Assembly: GCA_030265395.1 (NCBI GenBank)
Contig: JARFYF010000052.1
Span: forward strand, 84,808,900-84,872,899
DNA from: Rhina ancylostomus
Taxonomy: Eukaryota
Length of the DNA stretch: 64,000 nt
Direction of reading: 5' to 3'
Shown here: piece by piece, positions 36,503 to 50,489 of the stretch
Position numbering within the stretch: the stretch's first letter is position 1
How the letters are laid out: each line of letters opens with the position of its first letter
The notes under the pieces: generated by a model
Databases searched by the model: none
Seen by the model: the letters and a program-made list of their open reading frames with translations, nothing else
What the model was told of the DNA's origin: nothing
Made by a program: the position numbers and the translations under genes

Positions 36503-38454
36503 CTGCCATAAAATAAATAAAAACGATTGTGTTGAGCTATAATTGTTCATTCAAATACATTTTTCTAACTATGTGAAATTTGGAGAGCATACAGACTTCC
36601 TACTCAAGACTTTATTTAAACCCAGGTGCTCTCCTCAATGCAGTCCAAGAGACTCCCCGAAGAGAAAATATGAAAAAAAACTGCAGATGCTGGAAATCTG
36701 AAATGAGAGTGCGAGAAACACTCAATATGTCAGGCAGTATCTGTGGATAAAGAAACCAAGTTTACATTTAAGGTTAGAGAACTTTGTCAGAGTTTATATG
36801 TTCTTATTTCAGACTCCCTGAAGTGACAAGCTCTCTATTTAACCACACCATGTGATGGAAGAGAGAGAGTAACAGGCCATGGCAAACTACACATTTCTCT
36901 GTCACAGCTATTTCAAGTATAAAATTAAAAGACCTAAGAATTCTCCTGTTCTGAGGATCAATTATACTCTTGCCTGAGGACAATGATCTATGCTTGTAGA
37001 TGTTGACCTTCCAATTTTATTTTGTGTTGTTCTGCTCCAGAGCAGGTACAGACATGAAAAAAAAGGAGATTGTTAGGAAAGCCTTAGTTCCTGGGCATAT
37101 GTGAAAATAACATCAATTTCCATCAAAACCCTTTGTGCCATTGGATTAATAAGAACTTTCAGTGTCACTGTACAGAATAGACAGAAAAAAATGAAAATAG
37201 TAAACAACTAGGAAATGATGGGACAATTCATTAATATCCCAGTTATTTTACAATGAAGAATGGGGTAGCAGTTTTTTCATATGTTATGCAATGAGCTAGA
37301 ATGCTTTTAGTTTGGTTATTCATAACTATACTTAGCATTGTTGACTCCTGCCAGCAATATGACTCCCAACATGCTTTCATTTTAAAGTTATTGATGGCAT
37401 AAATTGTCATGGCAGGTTAGCAGTATTCATCTCGACTTTAAAATTTGACTTTTCCAGTTGATACTTCAGTCAATCTCCACCATTGTTTCAAGCCTAATTG
37501 ACAATTTCAAAAAGGCTGAAAATTTTTTAGCTGTATGGAGACAAACTCAGTTTCACTTAAAGTCTTGGTCATTGTGTAGTGACATTGAACAGCTGCAACA
37601 GCAATAATATGGCAGTGAACTTGGATTAAGGCAGACAGGTTCTTTAATCCAAGTTCACTGTCGGTGCCTATGTGACGTTTGCTGCTTTTAATATGTTTAT
37701 GTTTTGGTGTGAGACAATGCCTCGGGTATGTGACGAAAAATCTTGCACCTAGGATTTGTGCTATGTTGACAGCTCTGAGCTCTAGGAATAAATCACTTGT
37801 CAGGCTCTTCAGCCAAACAATGTTTGGTGGTTTAAAAATGAGGGGCCAAAGCTACCTTAAAAAGGAATTAATACCGCACTGGATCCAATTAGATGTGTCT
37901 GCATCTTATTAAAATCAGGCCTCAAAATAACTCGAGGAGTATCTCTTCCATTCTGTACTTTACCAAGAACTTAAACTTAGTGCATATTTTTATGAATGCT
38001 TATAGTTTGGGCTTTGGCCATAACAATTTTTTTGTGCCAATTGAGTAACGCACCCCCAACAGTTTTATAAAGATTTGGTTTTTATTGCCTAGAGGAAATG
38101 TTGGATGAATTTAAAAGTTTTTGGAACTAGTTATTTTATTGTACTCAAAGTCCAGCTGAATTCACAATCACATCTGGTGATGCAATATAGTGGGTGAGAT
38201 GACACTGTTGTTCCATCTTACAAGGTTGCTGCTCTTTGCAGTTGATGCAATTTATCAAAGGTAACCTTTTGGATATGAATTCTTGTTCCATCTTGTTACA
38301 CAAAAATTTGCTTGTGACCTTATATATGATAATACTATATATGAAATAGGTTAAAAACCTGTAAAATTGTTGCAATTTGTTTTACAAAACTGCCCATGGC
38401 ACTGTTAGATTAACTGCAAAACCCAAATGGTTCACTACTCTACTTTACGTGAGT

Positions 38455-39425
38455 TTTATTAATGACCTGGATGAGGAGACAGAAGGGTGGGTTGGCAAGT
38501 TTGCAGATGACACAAAGGTCGGTGGAGTTGTGGATAGTGCAGAGGATTGTTGAAGATTGCAGAGGGACATTGATAGGATGCAGAGCTGGGCTGAGAAGTG
38601 GCAGATGGAGTTCAATCCGGAGAANNNNNNNNNNNNNNNNNNNNNNNNNNNNNNNNNNNNNNNNNNNNNNNNNNNNNNNNNNNNNNNNNNNNNNNNNNNN
38701 NNNNNNNNNNNNNNNNNNNNNNNNNNNNNNNNNNNNNNNNNNNNNNNNNNNNNNNNNNNNNNNNNNNNNNNNNNNNNNNNNNNNNNNNNNNNNNNNNNNN
38801 NNNNNNNNNNNNNNNNNNNNNNNNNNNNNNNNNNNNNNNNNNNNNNNNNNNNNNNNNNNNNNNNNNNNNNNNNNNNNNNNNNNNNNNNNNNNNNNNNNNN
38901 NNNNNNNNNNNNNNNNNNNNNNNNNNNNNNNNNNNNNNNNNNNNNNNNNNNNNNNNNNNNNNNNNNNNNNNNNNNNNNNNNNNNNNNNNNNNNNNNNNNN
39001 NNNNNNNNNNNNNNNNNNNNNNNNNNNNNNNNNNNNNNNNNNNNNNNNNNNNNNNNNNNNNNNNNNNNNNNNNNNNNNNNNNNNNNNNNNNNNNNNNNNN
39101 NNNNNNNNNNNNNNNNNNNNNNNNNNNNNNNNNNNNNNNNNNNNNNNNNNNNNNNNNNNNNNNNNNNNNNNNNNATCAGAGGAAGGTTTTTTACCCAGAG
39201 AGTGGTTGGGGCATGGAATGTGCTGCCTGGGGCGGTGGTGGAAGCAGGTATATTGGTCAAATTCAAGAGATTTATAGATAAGTAAATGGAGGAATTTAAA
39301 ATAGAGGGATATGTGGGGGGAAGGGGCTGGATAGTTTTTAGTTGAGGTTTAAAGGTCGGCACAACATTGTGGGCCGAAAGGCCTGTATTGTGCTGTACTT
39401 TCCATGATTCTATGATTCTATGATT
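38455..39425 (+). mobile_element. CR1 RT and 3' end, spanning a gap
   Basis: FINDLDEETEGWVGKFADDTKVGGVVDS; RGRFFTQRVVGAWNVLP; tail (atgattct)n. Confidence 0.92.
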
Positions 39426-42400
39426 AATGTGCTTTAGTGAAGAAAATCTTCTATCTTTATGCACCCTGACTTATACATAGCTAACTCTGATCCCACATCA
39501 AGATGATGAACACACAATAATTCCAGAAGTGATAGGCGTTTGTGCATTAAAAAATACTACAAATATAATGTGACCTGCTGTGGGTCAAGTAAGGGACTCA
39601 CTGCACCTTACTTGGGTAACTGGCGATGGGTAGCAGTTACAGTTCTGCTAATGATATCTATACTATGTGAATGACTAAAGAAAATAATAGGATCCATATG
39701 AAAATTTAACTTGCCTTGATGTGTTGAATCAGTTTTACAGACAAAAGGAAATATTCTAGAAGCAGATGAGGCATTTGATAAAGATAATGAATGTGGAAAA
39801 AACTGTTTCCACTAACTAGTAAGAGAAGCAGAGGGCACAGATTTAAGGCAATGTGCTGTATGATCCTATATTTTATTTTAATCACAATGCTCTGAATTTG
39901 CAGTGAGAATAACAATGAGGCTATTGGAACTTGCCTTTAAAATAGAGGAAATATGACAGCAATTTATGGAAAACATAGAAACAGTTAAATGTAGAAGTTC
40001 AGAAATTGCTGCTGGATCTATCTGACTTCTCCAGCGGTGATCTTTTGCAGTCCTTACTATTGAAATAACCACAAAAGCATCAACTTTCCAAACCTAGTCA
40101 ATAGTAAAAGGATGTGTGGGGAAATTTAAATTTGCCAGCTTTTGAAGGGGTCCACAAATACACTCTTAACGTGGGCAAATGTACAAGTGTAGCCATGTTC
40201 CTTCCAAACTCTGATTTTCATTCTGTAGAGTATTTAAATGTAAGTTAAGTTTTGTGTGTGTGATTGAGGACACTTCAGAGTGATTTGTTGAAGCCCCCCC
40301 ATTGACTGACAACATGAGTGCCCTGTAGAGGGCGCATGATGGAATGGATAGTTTGTCAGAGGAATTTCCACCTGTGAGAAGCTGCCAGTTAAGTGAATGA
40401 AAAATGCTGGCAGCTGAGAGGAAAATTAAAGGTGTCACATTGAACATTTCACTAAAGACAAACAGTGAAATAGGAACAGAATATCTTGGCAATACACATC
40501 AAAACAAGTAGCATTCTAAAGTGAAACATTTATAATCATTTGAATTTGACCTTCTATCGCCACAGCTTTAGTTAATCATTGTATCTGAAATGCTTCCCTT
40601 TCAGATGCTGAATGATCTGGTGTGAATTTCCAGCATTTTGTTTTCAAATTTCCATTTTTGCCTTCTATTATAACAACTAGTAAAAGTGCTTATGAAAATG
40701 ATATGTTTTGGAAACAAAGTGGGAAAACTAAAGATTCCTGCTGAATTGTGGCAGCTTCCTGATATGAGAAGAATGTTATGCACTAAATGCTTTATAATTG
40801 CAGCACATTCTCTGTTCAGATCACAATTTAGCATCTGAATTTCATGCCTGGATCAGAAATTGTGTACAGCGGGATTGTGTAGGAAGTAGTCTGCTCTTGG
40901 ATGAGATGTGCAAGTATCTTGAGAGCACTTCTTTCTTTATAATTCCCACTGCTCCAATGTGTAAAATGCTGACATCCTTACTTTTTAGAGTGGCTCTCAT
41001 GTCAAGTTTCTCCTCTGTATGTTTGAAGATATTGGGCAGGATTCTCCACTGTGGTGCTTGGGGACAGAAACCATTATCTTAACAGAGTGCATAGATAATA
41101 GGCCCATCCAATTTCCTGTTTAATCATTCAGCTAACCAGAAAATGGTGTGAGCTCCACATATGCATACAGTCTTCCCTGCCATTTTTCTTCTGTGTTCTG
41201 CCCAAGCACTGTTTTACACCTGAGTGTTAGAAGGAAAATTACTCAGTGCTCAATACTTGAAGCAAAAAAACAAACTGCTGGGGGATCTCAGTGGATCGAG
41301 TAGTATCTGTGAAGGGAGAGGAATTGTAGACGTTTTGGGTCAAGACATTTCGGATAAAGAGGAAATTCTGTTTTCACAGCGTGAATCTAATTTGTGTTCA
41401 TTAATTTACAATATGATGACATCACTGGACTGTAATCAAGGAAATTATGGTTAGTTTTTCATTTCCTAGGCCATTAGTATTTAAATAGGCTATGTTTGAG
41501 ATCAACAAGCTCAGCCTAAAATCCAGGAAACCTACTCCATCAGTTCCACAATCTCCTTCAGAAGTATTGCTTGATNNNNNNNNNNAGAAGATGTGGGATT
41601 TGAAAAACACAATTTAGAAACTGTCAGCACTTATAGCAGACCTATTTATGACTCGGAATGGAAGCTGGATGGACAGAGAGCTGAACTTAGTGTCATGTTG
41701 GTCTGTTGGGCTCAAGGGACTTAATTACCTGATTTCTTTGACTAATTGGAGGGAAGGTGTTTGTGCAATCAGCTTGTGTAGGAAGTGGTAAGTACAATGA
41801 AATTCTGTGTTTGAATGAGGGTGTGCAGTTCTCTTGAGAACATTTCTTCAGTATAACTGCCACTGAGACAAGAACATGATGTTCTGATGTTCTTACTTTT
41901 CAGAGTGTTTCTCATAGCTAAATGAACAATGAAACATCTTTGTCAAGCTTGTCCCTGGTATTTCTGACTCTCCGTGATGCTGCCTGACCTACTGTTTCAG
42001 CATTTTCTGTTTTTACTTCAGATTTCCAACATATGCAATATTTTGCTTTTTGTCACTGCTTACAACAGGGCTGAAATTGCTTTCACATTTGTTTTCAAAA
42101 AAATTACTTTCACTCTTGCATTCAAAAAATCTACATGGGCTGCTGGGCTTTAAAACCAGTGAAACTGACATTTCAGTCACTTGGTTGGCATTTGCAGATG
42201 GCCATGGGTCAATCTGGGCAGGGGAATTGGATGCTGTGAAGGAGGAATCATTGCCTTGGGAATAAGCATGAAGCAGCATTTTCTGTTTTGGTCTATAAAC
42301 TCCAGGGTGCAATAAGCCGATATGTAAGCTTTTATTTATAAAGAAAAACTCCTGTGGACCAAATAATTACTCTAACCAAGAATGGATGATCTGTGCAAAT

Positions 42401-44209
42401 ATGGACAGGCATTCTGTGTTAGGCATTGCAAATCTTTAGCAACCAACGTAGAGGATCTTCAGAATGTTTTGTTGAAAACAGCCCATGGCTTTGATGTCTG
42501 TCACATATGTAGAATATTGCAAGAAACATTGGGCTACAATAAGGCAATAACATGTGTTTGCCATCGGCAGCTGTTTGCATCAAAGGTCCATTATTGACAA
42601 ATTTTGAAACCATTAACACCACACTTTGGCAAGGTTGTAATGTGGTTTAAGAAGGTTTGGAGATTGAAACTGTTAAGCTCCTGACATCATATTCCACATG
42701 TTGTCTCCAGGTGTTACATTCTCTTTGAATAGCGATGCGGTCTAGTTCACATACTGGCGTGTAGTTTATTTTAACTCTCCCCCTCACTACGGAGTTCTGA
42801 TTTTTCTGAAGATTTGATCTTTAATTTAAGGTTTGGAACATTGTAATTAAAAATGACGGTGAAAATTATCAGCCTTAGTTACCAGAGGAGCAATTTTGAC
42901 CTAAAGAATCCTTTGGAGAGGGGTCTAAATATGGATAGATGGGAATGTGGTTAAAATTGAATCAGCCATGATCTTTTAAATGGAGGAACAGGCTCAAGAG
43001 GCTGGATAACCTACCCCATCTCCTAACTTGTATGTACAATACGTTAGCATTTTATAACCTTTTCCCCAATCTTCCATAAAACTTTTATTTCCTGATATGG
43101 TTTGGTACGTTGTCCAGGTGTCTATTTTCTGTTTCCAAGCACTGAAGTTTGTGTGGCAGATTTATTTTGGAATAAGGTAGAACTGAATCCAATGTTCACA
43201 GATATAATTGAATTTCAGAAGGATCTGTCATACAATCATCAGGACAGTTACCTCCTTACTTTACAGTTACTTTATTCCCCAAGAATAGGTGCCTTTGATT
43301 CAGTTCCTAAAATTTCTATCATTTCATATGAGATCAGCAAACTTAACAAATGTAAGAATCTCCTGCTTCTGTCCTAGTCACTTCATGAAATTTATTTTTA
43401 AGTGACTCATTGAGGTAGCTTTCTATGTGCACATTGTTGAAAAAATATAACAATTTCTTTTGCCATGTAGGCAATTTCTTTTGCCTACTACATGAAAAAT
43501 ACTTATATACAAAACTATGGTCAGAATTTGACCCTAAGTGGTTAAATATTTTACTCTAATGAACTTGAGTAATTTCCATTATTTTCAATGGGAACTGGCC
43601 AGCCAATTTTGGCTTGGTACTTTAGATGAGAATTGATACATATTAGTGTAATATCAAGAAGTACATTCATATAGGACACATCAAACAAAAAACAATTTGT
43701 TCCAAGTACAGAATTCCATTGGACCAAATCATTTCCCATTCATTCTCGTCATAGAAAGTTCCTGATTTAAGCACAAGATTCACCTCAGTTATTCATTTTT
43801 GCACAGCTGAGCCCACTGAATCTATCTTTTGCCTAACTTTGGTTGCATGCAATCATCTGTCTTCTTAACAAATTTTATTTGCTGGTGAAATATCTGAGAG
43901 GGAAATCATTTGTATGAGAAAGGTTTTGAAGCTCTTTTAAGAGCACAATGCAAGTCATGATCACTTAAGTCACTTTGAAATGCATTGTGTCTCTTGATTT
44001 TGAACATATGATGGCAAGAATGAATGGCACAGGGGTGAAATCACAGAAACTGCTGTCGTCCATTTGAAGTATTAATCTATACAATGACATTTGCAACATT
44101 GCAACAATATTGCAATGACATTTCATATTTCTGCAGTATGGCATTTTTTTTTCTATATCTGCTCATGAGAGTCTCTCACTGTTTCCTATCTGCACCAAAG
44201 GATCACACT

Positions 44210-44780
44210 TGGGATGATTAGTAGAGAGTAGTGTATAAACACAGGTTATGTTATACTTTTATAGAACATTGGCTTATGCTTCACCTTGTGCTGGGCCCAG
44301 TTCTGACATCACATTTCAAGCATGTCAAGGTCTTACAGAAAGTGCAGAAGAAACTTACTAGAATGGTACCAGGGACAAAGTACTTCAAATATTTGGATAG
44401 ATTGGAGAAGTTGGGGTTGTTTTTCTAACAGCAGAGATGGTTAAGAGAGAATTTGATAATGCAAATAAGGAGAAACTCTTTTCAGTGGCAAAGAAGTTTG
44501 TAACCAATGGTCACAGCCCTAAACTGAGTTGCAAAAGACCCAAAGAAAACATGAAGAAACAGGTCTTCATAAAAGCAAATGTTGTGACCTGCAATGCATT
44601 GTGAAGAAAGGTGGCAAACACAGATTCACTGATAATAATGGCTAAAGACTTGTACAAATGCTTGAAATGAAAATGGCCAGGACCATGAGGAAAGAGTGTG
44701 ATTAAATAGATAGATAAAATGAGCCAGTAAAGGCACATTGCAACAAATGACTTACTTCTGTGCTGCATCATTCTATAATC
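44210..44780 (+). mobile_element. CR1 3' fragment
   Basis: LQKVQKKLTRMVPG...YLDRLEKLGLF. Confidence 0.8.
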
Positions 44781-45264
44781 GGTGTTTGGAACATAAGTAC
44801 AATACCCTGAGGATTCCAATTCAGGAAAATTTAAAATACACAGGAAAAAGATCCTGTATGATGGATTGTGATTCCATCACAATATTTTGTTAAGCTTTGA
44901 AGATTTGAAACCATGTAATCAAAAAAAAGATTGCATTGTTTGAGCATTTCAACCCTATCATAGTTCAAACAGAATCTTAATAATAGCCATGACAGACATG
45001 GATTTTCTCATTATTTCATTCCAGCCAGGAGATTCTGAACAGAAATCCTCATTATAACACATGTTTAAAAGGACTAACATTGTAGTTATATAAGACTTTT
45101 TAAAAAATTAATGTCTACATAGACTGCGTAGGTGGCTCCTTCAGGATTCAGTAGATTTTGAAGTCATTTCTTAATATTGCTTTCTCCATAAGTCAATTTT
45201 ATCCATTACATTCAGTAACTAAAATTTGATCATTTGTTAATTTCTACATATACCACTTGAAAAT

Positions 45265-45730
45265 CAAGATCCAAGAGAACTGCAGGTGCTGCAAACTGGA
45301 GCAAAATAAAACAAACTGCTGGAAGAACAGGCCGAACATCATCTGTGAGGGGACAGGAATAGTTTACTTCGGGATTGAGAGTGGAGAAGGAAGATAACTG
45401 GTATAAAGAGGAGGAGTCAGAATGGAAGTGGGNNNNNNNNNNNNNNNNNNNNNNNNNNNNNNNNNNNNNNNNNNNNNNNNNNNNNNNNNNNNNNNNNNNN
45501 NNNNNNNNNNNNNNNNNNNNNNNGGAGTCACTCTATATCTCCATCACTCTCCACTAGCATGGTCTGAACTGCTGGGCATTTTCTCTTTATACCAGCTATT
45601 TTTCCTCTCCAATCTCAATCCTGCTGCTGGGTCCTGACCTAAAACATTGACAATTCCTTTCCTTCCACTGGAGGAACTCAACGGGTTGAGCAGAAGTTAT
45701 GGGTGGGAAAAGAATTGTCGATGTTTCATA
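45265..45730. mobile_element. Penelope-like termini in both orientations around a gap
   Basis: Same terminal family as 29020-29218 (ctgcaggtgctgcaaactggagc; ggaggaactcaacgggttgagcag). Confidence 0.6.
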
Positions 45731-48700
45731 AGGGGTATGGGATCAGCAGTGATCATATTGAATGATAGGGCAGGCTAGAAGGGCAGAATGGCCAATTCCT
45801 ACACCTACTGTCTATGTTTCTGTGTAGAAAAGGCACACTTGCCCAGAAATTCACCCTTAGTTGATGTGAAAAGTGTATTTTATGTGCACTAATTCTAAAT
45901 CGGTGGGAAAATCATAAAATTGAGACATCTTGCTTTGATAAATCATTACTGTTGTTCTCTCTCATTTAAAAATGCTAAAACATAAGCCAGGCATTTATAG
46001 TTGGCAGTTACCTTCAGAGCTTATAGCTTCTGTATCATTTGCATGCTGACCATTGGGAAGNNNNNNNNNNNNNNNNNNNTGCAGCCCCCTGGTGTTCTAT
46101 TTTCCTTCTCCATCTTTGTCTCCATCAAGAAACAAGAGGGAAAAGAAGTGCCTAAGTGTTGCTGACTCTCTTGTTTCATCTTCGTGTCACTTTGGCAGCA
46201 ACACTTGCTGACTGAGGAAATGTAATGTGTGAAAAGTATTGGGACGACTTTCTGGCTGAGGTGATGTTTTTGGTTCTCCTAGATTACATGCCAACTGGTG
46301 GGTGGAAGCCATCAGGGACCATAACACCTAATGAACCAACTTACCCCCTCCTGTCTTGCATTTATGTTTTTTCATTTGCTCAAATGATAGCACAAGAACT
46401 ACCCAGACTACCTCAGTCATTGCCAGCAAGCTTGAAAGGACAAGTACCAATTTCCATGAAGGATTTGCCAGCGATCTGTAAGCTTGCACATTCTGGCCGA
46501 TGTGGGAGAACAGCAGCCAAACCCCTTGACCATGGCAGTCATGGCTGATGCTGAAGCCTTCTGAGGTTTGCAATTGTGGCCAAGTTTTCTGCCTCAGTTC
46601 TGAGAACAGGGCTCCGCCAAAGGCCAAGCCGGCACTGGGTGGGTGAGTGTAACATGATAATGATTTGGCCAATCAAATTTGGGTCTTCTGAGGCCTGGAC
46701 TAGCACAGCACATACTTCCATTAACTATAATTAAAGACATCAGAGAGGAACGGAATCAAACACACTAATTAAATAGTTATGAGCCAGTGACGGATGAGAT
46801 CTGGTACAAATCATTTGTGTGTTCCATCTTGGCAAGTTTTTCCCAGCAAACAGTGCCAATTTAAAGTGGCCACAGTGCTGGCACAGCTTAAGCAGCCCAA
46901 ACCAAAAACAATACATCATCAGTGGAGATCTTATGAAATTAAACAGTTTATGACTCAAAGCAACATATTTTGGATAAAAAAACTATCAGATGTCAGTTTG
47001 CATAAAGTAAAGCCCTGAATAGGTGATAAAATGGGATTTAGGCATGTAAGTTGTTCAATAAATGCAAAAGTGACCAGTTATGTTGGGCTTCATTGTGAGA
47101 TCAAAATAAAAGACAAACATGGATAACAGCATTTCAACAAACTGCAATGAGATGTTTGATGACAACTGCAATATTTGTCATTTTGACACTGTTACTCTCC
47201 ACACCAGCCCCATCCTACCTCTGTTTTCCCATTCCTGATGTGCTGCCAGTATGCAGCAACATTTAAAAAAAACATGTGGAGCGGAAGAAATGGTTGGACT
47301 TGCGGTTACTGAGACGAGATGCGTCAAGGGTGGAGTTTTGAGGGAAAGTGCAACTGTTGAAAGGACAGGGACAACAGTTAAGATGGAGAGAGAGACTTGA
47401 GTATTGGCTGGCATGGTGGTCAGGACAGACATTGGTTAAGTTTGTGTATAATGGGGTGTGGGCAGTAAACATCAGGTGAAACGAAACTGGAGATTGTTGG
47501 TCAGGAAGGACGGGGAGTAGCATTTACATCATAGCATGGAAGGGGCTTAATGAATTGGAATTGGTTTATTATTGTCAATTGTACCAAGGAAATGGGCAAA
47601 GGGATGCAAGGAGGCAAACAGCAGAATCAGCTGCCTGAAGGGTTCATGTCTTGGCCAGAAAGATTGAGGGAAGAGGAAGAATGAAATAGTGTTCTGTGGA
47701 TATATTTAAGGAGATGAGGTGATCTTCCCCCTTCAAAATGACCCCAGATAACTGGGCAGTTTTGACGGATGTTGGGTGGGGAGAGGGGCAATGTTCAGAA
47801 GAATTAGATATGGTCAAGTCATGAAAGTAATCAATGGGTTTACATCATAAACACACGTGTGTACCCCTTGAACTGAAAAGGAATGAAGACACAAACCACA
47901 TCATGTGAAACAATTGTCAGGGGATACGTTTTAGTGTCAATGAGTTAAATATTGAGATTCCACATCTTGGAAATTCACCTGTCATTTTCCTCACCCAATC
48001 TACTGCAGGAAGCAGTTATTGCGCCTCCAATTCTTTGTGGAGTGATCAAAAGTAGAGTCACAACCAGAGTGCTGGTGGGAAACATTTTTATCTTTTGCTT
48101 TTAAACTTTGATCTCTGCTGGTTAGTGAAAAAATCTTTCATCAGTCCTTTTCAGAAGAATTTGAAGACGTGGGTCAGATGCTGATGAGCAGTCCTCCAGC
48201 CATGCTTCAGAGTGCACAGATGTAGAGCACAGCTTCTCCTATGCTGCTATGCAAGTAAGCTTGAAAGCCAGCCGCCTCCTAGTGATTTGATAACGGCGCA
48301 TTATACCAATCCACCAGGAAGCTTTTTGCTTCCCCTTCACTGGCATCCTTCAAAGTTGATCAGGACAAAGCCCACATTAAAAAAAAATCTGAAGTATAAT
48401 AAGGAACAATCCATCAAGTTTAGATCAACCTGAAGTGAATAGGGAAGAATGAATTAGCTGCCAATCTATGCCATTTCTTTACTTGTGCATCAGTCTCCTG
48501 TCAAAGTTACAGCAGACATTTGGGAGAACCTGGGGAAAATTTTAGGCTGGTAATATACTCAGAACAGATCAAATTGTCAGTGAAGAACATGGCCTACACT
48601 CCAGAAATTTCGTGGGTTTCCACTAGTTTTGGAGTAATTCAGCTTTTTCCCTTTTAACTGGAAAGTCCAGAAGATCTACCATGAGAACACAAGGACCAGA

Positions 48701-50124
48701 AATTTATTACATCTTCAAGTACAATCACATTTTGTTTGGTAATATTTTCAAATATGTAAGCTTCATTATTTGAAAAATGTAACAAAATGCATTTCACAAA
48801 TGCAGGTCTAAAATCACATTAAAGCACAAAATTAGCACAGTATTTCAATGTGTTGTGAATTGGACAGTTCAGATGAATAACTGAAACCCAAGAATTTCCT
48901 CTCAGATGTGTGCTTGGGCGAAATATAAGATTGGACTGGGTGCGGCCCTCAGGAAGGAATACTCAGCAGGCGAGCCACTGTGACAAATCATCTGAGAAGG
49001 TTAGAGAATGAAACTGCGTGCAATAATATGCAGAGAGCATGTAGGTTAACCATAACGCTTGGAACAGTACTAAATTAGCAAACATGCTGGTTACTTGTTT
49101 GGTTTTGGCTCCTCTAAGTTGGGATAACATTTCAAATGTTGTTACTAGTTTCGTGTCTCAGGGCTGGAGAGAAGAAACTTTGGCAGACTTTAAGCGACTG
49201 TGCTGAAAAATGCAGAAGGTAAGGTTGGAGTTGGCTGTCCAACTCTTCACTGATCAATTGCTGATGTCCATTGTTTAGGTTCATTTGAGGTAAAGGGTGA
49301 AGTGCTGGTACATCAGTGCCTGTGGAAATTTGCCCTGACAAGAGTCAAGGGTTTCCAAGGAATAACTTGACAATTCCTTTTTTAAAAAAGGGCTATTTGA
49401 GCGCAGTAACAATAAAAATAATCTTATCAGGGATTCAGAATTTGAAGAATTTCTTAGCCATCACTCTTGTATTTTATGATATTTGCTTTATGAGATTATT
49501 TTCCATGAAATGCTCCCACCCATCATTATTAGCTTTATAACATTTATTCACTCTAACCTTCCAACATGTTTTGTGAACATCTAACAAATTGGTTATAATG
49601 TTGTAAAGTGCATTTTATGATCATAACTGTGGCTGAGTGTTGTCATTTTGTGAAGAGGTTCATTTGAGTACCTTGAATTTTAAATCAAAGGTAAAACATG
49701 CTCAGAACAGCATGATTCTAGTATTTATTTATTTTTTAAATCATGATTGTGGCTCTGGTTTCAGTTTCATAGTTAAATCAAGTTGGATTTGGCCCACCGC
49801 CCAGACTTGGTGCCCCATGCACAGCACCCACCCAGACTCACCTAGGCAGAAGACAGGGGTTTGATTGAACTAGCTATCCACACCAGCTTTTACATACTGC
49901 TTGAGTCTGCCAATGAGGGCCTGAAATGCCTTGCTGCAGGTCTACCAGGTGCTGATAGTCGGCTCTATTAGCTTCCTGTATTCTGCAAAGCTAAGTCTGG
50001 GTGGATGGTGAGCAGGAACATCACATCTAGGCAACAGTCCAAATCCAGCTTAGTTAGACCCAGAGTTGGCATTCAACTTTCATGTGTCTGTGAGAAGTGA
50101 GAAGTCCCGAAGATCACCCAAAAG

Positions 50125-50480
50125 CAGCAGCAACAGCAACAACAACAGCTACAACTTGTGTTACATAGTGCCTTCAATGTGGCAGAACCACCACAGCCAT
50201 TTCACTGATGCATCATGAATAAAAAAAATGAACTTGGTAGGTTTTCAAGGTATGTTTTTAGAAGTAGGAAGACGTGAAAGAAGTGATGGAGAGAAAAAAG
50301 GTTGAAGCAAGGAATTCCAGAAGTTAAAGTTTGGTGGTCACCACCAATGGATGAGCAATTAAATTTGGTGTGATGGAGATGCATGCAGATATCTTGTAAG
50401 GCTGTAGGGCTGGAGGAGATTACAGACACAGTGGTGGGGGAAGAACCTGGAAAGGTTTTAAAACAAGACTGTGAATTTAG
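50125..50480 (-). mobile_element. L2 LINE 3' end with (CAA/CAG)n tail
   Basis: caacttgtgttacatagtgccttcaatg next to the microsatellite, typical of L2 3' ends. Confidence 0.6.
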
Positions 50481-50489
50481 AACAGTATG

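Noticed and set aside
47240-47760. Purine-rich segment resembling an old L2 or Penelope fragment
   Set aside because: No diagnostic motif was recognisable, so it was left uncalled.
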